From Bugula neritina (lineage: Eukaryota; Animalia; Bryozoa): 64,000 nt of DNA. Shown here piece by piece: positions 20,530 through 33,000 of this stretch (its first letter is position 1; every line of letters starts with the position of its first letter). The stretch spans positions 13,506,642-13,570,641 of the forward strand of contig OZ037770.1 of the NCBI GenBank assembly GCA_964035545.1, given 5' to 3'. The notes under the pieces are model-generated. The model ran no database searches. It was given only the letters and a program-made list of their open reading frames with translations, and had not been told where the DNA came from. The translations under genes were made by a program, and so were the position numbers.

Positions 20530-21999
20530 ATTGCATCATACATGTTAATTTCAGCATCAAAAGTCAAATTCTGTTAGAACTGTCACTGTAGAAAATAGAA
20601 CAAGTTTATAATTATGTCATTTCCTGGAGCTAACTTATTCTTACTTGGCTTTATAGCATCTTGTAGCCAATTCATGGTTAGAAACAACTGGAAATGTAGC
20701 TACTGGAATGAACATCTTTTCTGATTTGTTACACCTTCTATCATTGGCTAAAAGTATATTAGTATTATGTAACCTATCCTGTCATCAATATTTGATTATC
20801 GTGTAAATTGTATCATCAATTAATATTAATATTCACTAATTAAGTTATCTGTTGTGAAAGTTGATGCTGATTATATGCACTGAGATTTATTACACAGGTA
20901 GAACATACTTATACAATAATTGCATAAATTAGCATACGTTTATTTTACTGGCACTGTATTATAATATGATATAAGTAGATAGATATAAGTAGATACAGTA
21001 GATATGTACTGACTACATATTATATAGCATACCATTGCCATTGAATAGAACATTTGCATATAATATATTATCACCATTGCATGTAATATATTGTCAGCTT
21101 TGCATATAATATATTACCACCATTGCATATAATATAATAGCACCATTGCGTATATCATGTAATATTATATGTACACTTATGTAAGACAGCTGAAAGCTGT
21201 GTGTTTTGTCTCACATGACAGAGTGAGAACTCAAGGAGACTAATCTTTACCTATCGCGAACTAAATCTTTAGTTATATATTTTTACCTGCGCACTTCACA
21301 GCCTAGTAGTAGTAAAACAACTGCATGTTGGTTTACAAGCAATAAGTTCATTTGTTGACATAGTTCACATTCAAATAAAATGCATCATATATTTTCTAAC
21401 ACAGATATTTTATTTTATATTATGTTTATTTTATAATAAAATCTAAAGCTGCAATAAATAAAAGTTGCAAATTATATGTGGACGGTGAAGCATTCCCGAA
21501 TATACAAATCATTTAAACTAAATCTATAAAATCATATCATAGCATACCAATATCATAAACAATACATAAACAAAAACAATATAAACTGAGAAGGTACGTT
21601 GAATTGTACAAGCAACCATATTTCTACTTACTTAATCATCAATTCTAACAAAAACATCTTGCGTATTATGTATATAATAAAACTTCAACTTATAACATAG
21701 CATAATATAATATAGTATATACATTATAATTCCTTCCTAACTATATTACAGAACTTATATACTTTCTAGTGTAATGTAAGTACAGCATTTACATACTTAG
21801 CAACATACGTATGTGCTAAGTCTGTATTATATAGTTATACATATTTAGTATAGAGATATGATTGGTGCCTATGCACTTCAATAATATAGTAAATATATTA
21901 TAATAAATATGATATAATGATGATACCCATAACAAATAACATGAAATAACTACAGAAAAGCTTGCAATAGGAGTCATCCTCTCATATTCAAAGGCTGCT

Positions 22000-24900
22000 T
22001 CAAAACATGATGGTGAAGTTAAATTGTTTTAGATTGAACTTTGACCTCAGCTGTTCCAGCGCATTCAGGGAATTGTCTAAAATTGAAGGAGCAAACTTTC
22101 AGTAATTTTGAATAGTTTCTGCCAACTTAGACTTACCATTAGTTTGTGAAATTATTAAATGATTAGCTTTAGAAATCGTAGCTTACCATTTAAATTTGAA
22201 ACTAAATTAGTGTTGAAACTAAATTTCAAACAATTGTCACAACAAAGTTTGTTTGCATAATTCAAGCTGAATATTACAAGGAGATTGGGAGTTGTCCTAA
22301 TTCACCTTAAGTACGAGTACGTGTACCTATAAAAGCCAACTCTACACCAGGGTGTTGTCTGTGAACTGATATCATAATATCCATCTGCAAGCTGCACTCA
22401 TTTTATTATTTGGAAACTTGATAACTACAATATTTATCTCTCATAATTATTAAAAAAATCCATAAATGCTATATGTAAAGTTGAACTCTACTCAAATAGT
22501 CATTTTTTATGTGTCTTTGTTTTTGTGTATAGGACAATATAATTCACAGTAAAAAACTATAATATCGGTTTGAATCAGTTTCAGACGTTTACCATGCAGC
22601 AGTATTTAAATTGTAGAAGACCTAAAGAGAAACTTGGAGTTGTCTTTTCCATCATAGGAGAAAGCTAAAACGATCTTGCGAGAGGTCAATAATAAAAATA
22701 ACAAAAACACATTAAGGATAATGTTCTCCCATACACTATAACCTGTTTGATACTCACCAGTCAGCATTGGGCAGCCTTGAATCTCAAAAGAACTAATGTT
22801 TGCACCACCTGATAAAATAGCTTCTACGCACTCATCTGTTATATATTTACAGTGTGAGATTTGTACCTCCTGCATAGAAGAGTATATTAAATAAATTTGA
22901 ACAGTTGCACATAATCAACTTGTATTCTGTAGTAATTACAAGTATAGTATTATTTATTAAATACAACATAACAAAATAAATACTAAACATAGCATCTTCT
23001 GGAGTATGTACTTTAATTTAAAGTTTGAGAAATTGTCTTCCCACTACAAAAGCCAGCCCTGTCTGCACCTACTATGTAGCTTATATAATATATTTTACCT
23101 GCAGCTTAGGGGCACACACAGACTGTGCTAGATAGTATCCACTATCATCTGTGATACTAGTATAGGCTAAGTTTATACTCTGCAGGTAGTGGCAGTGTTT
23201 GGCTATTGCACTTATTGAAACGTCTGTAATCAAAGGGCATCCACTCAGGTTTACTTCTTGCAAATATTTGCACCCTTCTGCTAGCGCTCTTATTCCTACA
23301 AGTATACAGTTTACCAGATAAGTTCATTGCAAGCCATTTTACACTGTAGATTGTGATATTTATAGCAGTAATGTTTATTTTTGTTGTAAGTTGAACGATC
23401 TGATCGGCAGTATAGGCGGCCATCTTGGATTATAGATTGAAATATCTGTGATATCTTTCATGAATATATTCGAATTGATTGCTGGCCTGTTTGCAGTTTG
23501 TAAAAAAGAAGACTCTTAACTTTTTCTACTTGTAAAACTTTTGCTCTCATTGAGAATCGAACCACAGACCTCCAGTCTTACGTGTTAACCATTACACCAC
23601 AGGAGCTACTGAGTAATCTCAACACTACATCAACCGTTATATTTTTATTTTTATGCATTTTACTGAAAGGATGATAGCTTTGAACAAATTAAAAGAAGTG
23701 AATTTTTAATTTTCATTGCTTACTAAAGTACCTTCATCACAGACTAGAATGCATCTTCTGAAGTACGCGAGTCGAAGCCGAGGACAACTTGACGCGATGT
23801 GTTTGAGACTAGCAGACGACACATTGGTCCGGGTTCCTGTGCGAGTGTCGTTTAAATCTATCTTGAACAAGTTTGGAAGATGTGGTAGGCTGAGAATACC
23901 TGCGTCTGAGATGAGTCTAGTGTTTGTGAAATCTAATTCTCTCACTGCGTCTGAGCATACCTATAATAGCATACAAAGTTATTTTACCACAATTTCAATT
24001 AATTGTATGTGTATATAGGATAAGGCTGTCACCAAAATATAGATAAGACAAATATGCTGCTAGCGTAGCCTCTTCTTTTAGTTTTGTTAGTTAAGTCAAT
24101 CATAAAAAAAATATTGTACCAAAACACTCTTTTCAAATGCACAAAGAAGCAACTGCTATTCAAAACAAATAGTTGGCAGTTGAATTACACGTTGAATAAC
24201 ATTAATTACTGATTGATTATTATTGGTTAATTGAGTATGGCATAAAGAATAAAGAATAAGAAAATGCAGTCAAAAGTTAAAATTTGTCTGCAGTTTATAT
24301 TTTATATTCATTTGTTACAAATTTTCAAGTTTTTTTATTAACCATGAAGGTGCTAAGTTTGAGTAAAGATTTTCTGCAAGAATCAATAGAAAAGAGATAC
24401 CAGAGTTCTACTTACCAAGTGAATATTCTGATCAGTTAGTAGATTGTGTCTTTTGCTCATCAGATGCAAGATAGCTGCTTTGAGTTGCCGAGGTAAGTTA
24501 GGAACTTTAATCAATAATTTATCAATATGCCCTACTGATGATTCTATGCAGCTGTAAACAAGCAATGTACAACCAATTAAAATGTGTTTTAAAGTTTATT
24601 GTAATCAACTTTTAAGTTTTGTAAACTTTAATTCTTTTGATTGAAATATAATCATTAATATATGTTAAATATTTTTTTAGATTGAGCTTACATGATTTTA
24701 AAATAGTTGAACACATGAAGTAACATAGGGTTTCAAAACTTTCTATATTCCTAAGCTTACTAAAAGTGTAAGAATCAATAAAAACCTTTTGAATTATTTT
24801 ACTGTAACAATTAAATTCAATTTTACTGCAACATTTATTCAATCATTGTGATTACAATAACCTTTTTTTTGTTAGTATTACTACTAGGCCTATCATAAGC

Positions 24901-25147
24901 ATTGTGAATTAACAAGACCCGAATACCGTTAGTAAACTTTACAACTGCTAAGTACTACTACTACTAGTATTTACAATACAATGCAAGCTGGTGACAGAGT
25001 TGCTGCAAATTAAATTGAAATTTAAAAATTATTTTTATCATACTCAAAAGATACTCACAGCATCAACAACGATTTAGGTGAAATAAGCCTGACATTAGGC
25101 GTCTTCGAAATTTCGGTGAATTTTCTTTCTCCTGCGTGGGTCGCCAT
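22000..25147 (-). CDS. AMN1: Protein AMN1 homolog, cysteine-containing leucine-rich repeat protein (~279 aa, 6 exons)
   Basis: Exons 25147-25059, 24551-24416, 23960-23732, 23295-23099, 22869-22758, 22076-22000 (840 nt, in frame). LRR-CC repeats (LQEVNLSGCPLITDVSISAIAKHC; VQISHCKYITDECVEAIL), N-terminal LPRQLKAAILHLMSKR..LTDQNI, and C-terminal LKQFNFTIMF resembling the AMN1 end. Confidence 0.8.
23543..23606 (-). pseudogene. tRNA-like fragment (pseudo-tRNA or head of a second SINE-like repeat) in AMN1 intron 3
   Basis: Minus strand reads GCTCCTGTGGTGTAATGGTTAACACGTAAGACTGGAGGTCTGTGGTTCGATTCTCAATGAGAGC. A- and B-boxes and a partial acceptor stem are present, but it is only 64 nt with a collapsed anticodon arm. 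Confidence 0.55.
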
Positions 25148-26551
25148 CTTAATTTACTTGTCGTCAATAGGAACAGTGGAGCGTGCATCTTTGGCCAATA
25201 GCCGCCGACAAAAAATAAAGAGACCTATTCTACTCGTTATTAAAGATCTGCTTGTCCAATATGATGCTTGCTTTCATCAAATGTAAACACACCCATGAGA
25301 CTGTGAACAGCTGTGAGAGAGGCCGTAGATGCTACTTTTATCTATTTCTCAGCATGAAATTAACAAGCTATCAGCTCAATTTGATATCAATTGCTTTGTG
25401 CAAATAAGAGAAACGCTTATAGCAACAACATTTTGTTTTAGCCAACAACAATTTATTACATTTTCTCCTGTTTCATCATTATGTTCTTTAATTGTAATTT
25501 AAACCAAAAATACTAGCAAACATCTAAATTAAAATTACCAAATTATATTGGCTAGCAACATTAATCTGTAATCTTTTTTTGTTACTACTTGCCACCACTT
25601 CATCTATATAAAACTAGTTGTATGCAGTGAGCTCAGCTAGTATAACACTATTAAACTTTATTTCAAATATGAGGTCAGATAAGAATGCAGTAAGATAGAG
25701 GAAAGTCATATAACACAAGTTTTTATGTTAAGTAGTTATTAAAAACATTTATTTTCACTCAATACATATTCAACAGAACATAACAGCAAAATTTCACAGA
25801 CAGCACAGTATAAATACATAAGAAAATTCAAAACACTGTTTTAAAGTTCATAAAAAATTTATATATAACAAAATACAGATATACTAGACACAAAATATAG
25901 TAATGGTATTATCAATGAGCAATCATTATCATCATGATTCAAAGAATAGTTATATAAATAAACAACCTTTATCAATAGCCTTCAAATTAGTAGCTACATG
26001 ATTGTCTACCAAATGATAGAAATACTGTTCCATCACCAGTACTTTACAGAGATATAGCACAAAGTAAGAAAGCATAAACCAACATACATAGCAGAGGGAC
26101 ATAACTTCAAAAATGTATTACACCTTAAATTTAGTGATGGAAGAATCGTTCTCTCTTTCTTAAATATATTTTGCACAAATTTGCATAAGAGATATTTGTT
26201 AAGTTGTTTAATATAAGATTTGTGGATTCAAATAACTTTTGTTCAAAATGCATATAAGTTTATGGATGTGTTTTACAATGTTTTCTACTTTCTATAAATT
26301 GAAGATTACAGTTGCTAAAAACTTTTCACTTTTGGGTCCTTCTAATGAAGTGGAGAGGGACGATATATATCAGGGTCGAGAGGGACGAGATATCTCTGTG
26401 TCGAGTTACTTTCAGCAGACGGACGGAAACACACTATCTCCGTGAAGATGTCTGAGTATAACGAACGATATGAATACAAGTGATTCTACAATGAAAATGT
26501 ATCAATTTGAGCTGCCAAGACATATAAATATAAAGATAAAATAATGTCAAC

Positions 26552-26742
26552 ATCCCTGTGAGAACCCCTGATGAAAAAGGCTTTTTTGTTAACTCAGGTT
26601 AAAAACTTATGTAGATGTGGCACAGAATTAATTATGACTGAATGCTCTTTATAACATCACCAACGAATGGCCTGTACTGGGGATAGAACCTATGAATTGT
26701 GTTTACTAAGCCAGTGCTTTAACCCTTAGACCACGGCTGCTC
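26552..26742 (-). mobile_element. tRNA-derived SINE copy 2 (in probable SLC44 3'UTR)
   Basis: Reverse complement of the same head (GAGCAGCCGTGGTCTAAGGGTTAAAGCACTGGCTTAGTAAAC) and body. Confidence 0.8.
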
Positions 26743-27077
26743 TATCTCCACATATGAAATACATTCGAGTATCGAAATGGATCTCAATTATTGCATCATA
26801 CATTTGTGGGCATGTGTAATAGTGCATTGCGTTGAGAATGAGAACATAACTCCCCTGGTAAGCGAAATAAAGAAAAAGGTAGTTGGAGAAGACAACTCTA
26901 GGAACATGAAGCTTTCAGTGTAAGACTCTGAAAGTCTGCGGCATGAAAGTCAATAGAAATCCATATTTTGTTGCAATTGGGCACCTCAAAATATGAAGTG
27001 AATATAATCTAAATTGCAGCAAAAGGCATATTCACAATGACTATTACAGATTACAAAACATACAATATAGGGAGTTA

Positions 27078-30000
27078 TCAATCCTCTTTCTTTGCCTTTA
27101 CATTTTTCTTTCCAAGCACCTCTTTGAGCTCTTTGTTCATATAATACGGCTTCTCTTCAGACCCATCATTCCTTTCAAGGTCTTCCACTACAGGGCCAAG
27201 GACAAATAATTATATTACATATACTACTACTGCTCCTACTATAACTGCTATAACTGCTATTGCTACTACTACTACTGCTACTACTACTACTATAACCGCT
27301 ACTACTGCTATTGCTACTACTACTACTGCTCCTACTATAACTGCTATAACTGCTACTACTGCTATTGCTACTACTACTACTGCTACTACTGCTATTGCTG
27401 CTACTGCTGCTATAACTACTGCTACTGCTACTACTACTACTGCTACTGCTACTACTACTACTATAACTGCTACTACTATCGCTACTGCTATTGCTACTGC
27501 TACTAATACTGCTACTGCTACTACTACTACTACTACTACTATAACTGCTACTACTGCTATTGCTGCTGCTACTGCTGCTATAACTAGTACTGCTGCTACT
27601 GCTACTACTACTGCTACTGCTATTGCTACTGCTACTAATACTGCTACTGCTACTACTACTACTACTACTACTACTATAACTGCTACTACTGCTATTGCTG
27701 CTGCTACTGCTGCTATAACTACTGCTACTGCTACTACTACTACTGCTACTGCTATTGCTATCGCTACTGCTACAGTTACTACTACTACTTTTACTACAGT
27801 ATTCTATAGATAGATAAACAGATGCCCAGTATACCTACATAAATTGGCAAGTACCTATAGCTCACATTGAATAATAATAAGTTGCAATATACTCACGGAA
27901 ACATAAAAACAATGTGTCAACTGCCATGCCGTACACTGAGAAGAATATGGATGCTATCACATAAGTGGAAACTCCAATCACCTAAGACATTATTAACAAG
28001 GGAATCACAAATGCAGTGTAATCGCACTATTAAAAACAACTACAAATATGGAATTTAATGCAGTTTTAAAAGCAGTGTTTTAATGTAGCAATCTAATGCA
28101 GTTGCCAATGTAACTTTTATGCAATGTAATTTTACATACATTGTAAATTTTGCAACCAATGTTATAATGTAATGCAGTTTTAAATACAAAAATTGCAAAT
28201 ATCATAATGTAATGCACTTTCCAATTCATTCTAATTTCAGATGCAGCATAGTTTCAAACATTAGTGCATCTCACAAACAACTTAGTATATAGTTATGTAT
28301 GCCTTGGTAAAGAACACATTGAAAACTTGTTCATGATTCCTACTTTCTCTATATCAGTTAGTAGATGATTATACTTCATGCTAATCATTGTCCTTATTCC
28401 ACTACAGACTTTGTTTAAAACTTTTAAGCAGAGATAAGATTTATCTGATAATATCTTTTATTTAAGTTCAACCACAATATAGTTTTACCTCTGAAAGCTA
28501 ATACTGTCATTAAATAGTCATTAAAAACCGTTAGCTGATGTTTAACTACATGACATAAAACTGCGCAACCACTCATAACAGAACAACAACTGCTAAAATA
28601 CATAATTTGCTATTTTGAAAGATAACAATTTTTCAGCCTTGTTATATTTGAGTTTTCTTATAATACTACTAACAGCATGAGCAGTGGCTATAGTGGATAG
28701 AAATGGATATAATGGAAATAATACATTCATATCAAACTGTAAACCAGTTGTTTGCATGTAGCAGTGTGTATATTTCATACAATACATCATAGGGTGTAAA
28801 GCTGAAGTATTTAAATTTATGTACGTTCATTTTGGTGCTTCAAATTTGCTAAATTTATCAATGTTCCCATTTTTTTTTCAGCAAATGATGGGTTAGATGT
28901 CAGAGTAAATATATCACGATATGAGAATATACTTACAGTAATTAGAGTGTGTACGTACAATGAAAGGAGAATGGACTTACAGTAATGAGAGAGTGTACGT
29001 ACAGAGAATAGAGAAGGATATACTTACTATAAGGAGAGTGTACGTACAGCAATGAGAGTGTACGTACAGTAATGAGAGTGTACGTAGTCCAGGGTTGGGG
29101 TCAATTACATGTAAATGTAATTAATTACAATTACAATTACATGAAGATTTGTCAATTACAATTACAATTATAATTACAGTTAAAAATAAATGTAATTAAT
29201 TACAATTACAATTACATGGCAATGTAATTAATTACAATTACAATTACTTTTGTTCTCACAAGAAATAAATAGAAGTCACTTCTAGGGTCTAACTACCAGG
29301 GGCAGTGTTGACAGTGGTGAACCTCTTTTATTTTCTACAGTGATACTATAGGGTCATTCCATACCAAATCAACCAACTTTCAAGGGGTCCCACGTCTTTG
29401 TGTCTCAGATTTTGCTCATATTTACACTAAATGAACCTACACATGTTCAGATTACCATTCGTGAATATTTCTGGCCGGACACAAAAACATTTTGAGAAAT
29501 TACTACTTTGGTGAACAAAGGTTGGAAAATATTTGGAGGAAAATTTGTGATTTACACTTTTAGACCAATTTATAAGTAATTTAAAATTTGATTAGGCGAG
29601 TATTTAAAATTTTTCCAAATTTACAAAGATTTGTTCATATTCAATGACTTTGCATATATGCACACAAAGTATTCTGTATATAGTATGTGTTGCTACTAGT
29701 GCAAATTGATAGGTATTGTCAAATCACACAGCAAATTTTAAAGCTCAGTCTAGAAAAATGATTGAGATATAGACGTTTATAGATTAGTCTAAAAGTAGAA
29801 ATCACAAATTTTCCTCAAAATGTTTCTCAACCTTTGTCTACAAAAATAGTCAGTTCTCAAAAGAAATTTGTGTCAGGTCAGAAATACTGTAGAAGAGTAC
29901 TTGAGGCATGTGTAGGTCTATTTGGTGTAAACATGAACAAAATCGGAGACGCAAATAGACGCGGGCAATTCGGTGAGTTAGCATGGAATGACCCTATGCT

Positions 30001-33000
30001 ATATTGACCAAACTATCTGAACTTGTTATTTAACAGTAGGCATTGTAGAAAAAGAAGGAGTTTTTTAAGATTTAAAAGTTTGAAGTAATTGACATGTAAT
30101 TATAAAGTAATTGTAAAAATCAATTACATTAGATATGTAATTAATTACAATTACAATTACAATTACATTTTTAAACCTCAATTACAAATTACATTCAATT
30201 ACTTAAAAAAATGTAATTAATTACAGCCAATTACAATTACAAATTACAATTACCCCAACCCCAACTCTCATTACTGTACGTACTACGTACAGTAATGAGA
30301 GTGTACGTACAGTAATGAGAGAGTGTACGTACAGTAATGAGAGAGTGTACGTACAATGAAAGGAGAATGGACTTACAGTAATGAGAGAGTGTACGTACAG
30401 GGAAGGATATACTCACTATTACAGGAGAGTAGTAGTAGTTGAGATCAAGCTTGAGAATAACATGAGAAAGAAACCCTGGCTTAGCCACGTTTGCTGAGAA
30501 AGTGCAGTATGCAAGAGCAGCTAAAATATACAAGGGTCTATAGTGTCGGTCTACCCAGCAAAGTACTGACAACTCCCAACCAAGTGCTGAAAACTCTCAC
30601 AAGCACTATATTTGTACATGGCTGTTACATAGCTGTTATTCACGAGTCCAATAAAGCACAAAAGTGACGACTGACAATGACAGGAAGCAGATAGAAATGA
30701 TAAAAATGGAAGAGAGAGGAAAGGAGTGTGCAGGTACATTATTCTAAGTTTACGGGTTTTGCTATACAGATATTCCATTTTAACAGCATCGTTTTAGTAT
30801 ATTGTGTTATAATAGTTATTTTGTTGTATTATTATGCAAACACTTTTAATAACCTGAAAAGTTTAAAGCATTAATATTATATCACTTTGAGATCACTTTG
30901 CTTTTAGCTATGATAGTATTAATTTCACACATTTCGCACTTTGCATTCAGCATATGGCCATGTAGTATAGATTGCGCACACATATATAATATCAATCAAG
31001 TTGTATGTGCCTTCATATTTGTATGTCACTTATCTTTAGTTTGAACTTTAACTCAGCCACCATCATGAGATTATTTCATACATTTTACATCAGACTGTAC
31101 TTTTTAGATATCAATTATTGTAGTACTACATTTTAATACTACATTTCCTACTATACACTTGCATAGCTGCATTAAAACTTTGTTAATGCAGAACTTGAAC
31201 TGTGTCTTACTAACTCAATATATTATACTGTGATACATTAAATTAGCAAAATTATACTGGTTGTAGCAATGTGTTGCCTCATGGTGTATTATGGGTTGTA
31301 ATAAACTATAATACTGTATTAAAATTGTATTAAACTGTAATACTGCATTATGATTGTAGTATAGCAATACTGGATCATGATTATAATACAGTAATACGGT
31401 ATTACAGCGTGTATAATACAGTAATACGGTATTACAGCGTGTATAATACAGTAATACGGTATTACAGCGTGTATAATACGGTAATACGGTATTACAGCAT
31501 GTATAATACAGTAATACGGTATTACAGCGTGTATAATTAGTCACAGTATACTCACAATGACTGGTACAAAGAAGAAATTGAGCTCTACTTCAAACTGCTG
31601 AAGGACAGTCAAATGTTTTGCGAGAGTTCCGTTGAAGAAATAGAAACTAAGTACGGCTACAAAAGCAGACGATTCCATCAACAATAAAACAGGAAGTGCA
31701 ACAAAAATGGCAAAAAGCAGCTCATTAAGAATTGAGGATAAATATGGACATGCAACAACATTGGTAAAGCTTTGTTTGCAAAAATAAACTTGACAGTTAA
31801 ATTATCAATTTTCAATCACAAACAGTTTTAACATTAAAAACATGCAATCTTTAAGTATCATTATTGATTACAACAAGCCTGGGTACAACGACCTCAAACA
31901 CAATCATGTATAAAATGTATGAAGATTTAGTAGAAGTCACTGAAATATGCAACTCAAGATTTCAAACAAAATTACAAAAATATTAAGTAATCTTTTGAGC
32001 TACTAAGTTATGTTCACAGGTTTGTAATGAGTAAGTATTTTTAGAGTTTGACAACTCAAAGGTTTAAAAAACTTCTAAAGTTGATCTCCAAAAATTAATA
32101 TTCAATTTAATTTAATTTATATTAATATTAATTTTTTTCAACACCGTCTTTATCTCATTGAAAAGATAGAATTCAATAAGTCCAGCACACTGTTTACACC
32201 CCATTGATAAGTGACAATACTTACTTAGAATGCCTACCACCACCATTTTACTGATAAACAGTAAAAAGTCCGTGACCTTGTCCACTACAGCCACTCTACA
32301 ATTATAAACTGGAAAAGTTCAATAATAATTTACAGCGAAACATTTTATTGAGGTTGTACAACGTAGACATTTACACTCCCAGACTTATACTTAGACCTCT
32401 GATCTTTACCTACATACTTACACCCTAAACCTACACCTACTCTTCACACCTACTACCTAAACATATAACCTAGAGTTTTACACCTACACCTACTCTTCAC
32501 ACCTACTACCTAGACATATAACCTAGAGTTTTACACCTACACCTACTCTTCAGACCTACTACCTAAATATATAACCTGGAGTTTTACACCTACACCTACT
32601 CTTCAGACCTACTACCAAGACTCTTAGAAATATTACGTATAACCTTCACCTATACTGCAGATTTATAAAGTTAACCTATACTATATTTATTCACCTTGAA
32701 CTTAAACACACTATCCATACCATTGAACTGTAGTTTCAGTTCAGTGATCCATACATCTACTTTTTACCATCATAGACATAGATCTACACCTACATGGTAG
32801 AATTTAGAGCTGTCCGTCAACTAGAACTTTCATAGACTATATATCTTAGGCTATGCACTTTGACCTGTAACCTTTACTTTCAAACACCTTTTTATTGAGG
32901 ATAAACACCGCAAGGAAATGTGTTGAAGTTTTGCGACCAACAATCGACACTCGCTATCAATATGACAGCAATGGTTTGCAACTTGAGCAAAAAAATATCA

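Noticed and set aside
28928-29086. Possible third alternative SLC44 exon ending at the donor-like GTAAGT sites
   Set aside because: The upstream sequence is minisatellite and transposon DNA, with no acceptor and no homology to exons 17A/17B beyond the last few bases.
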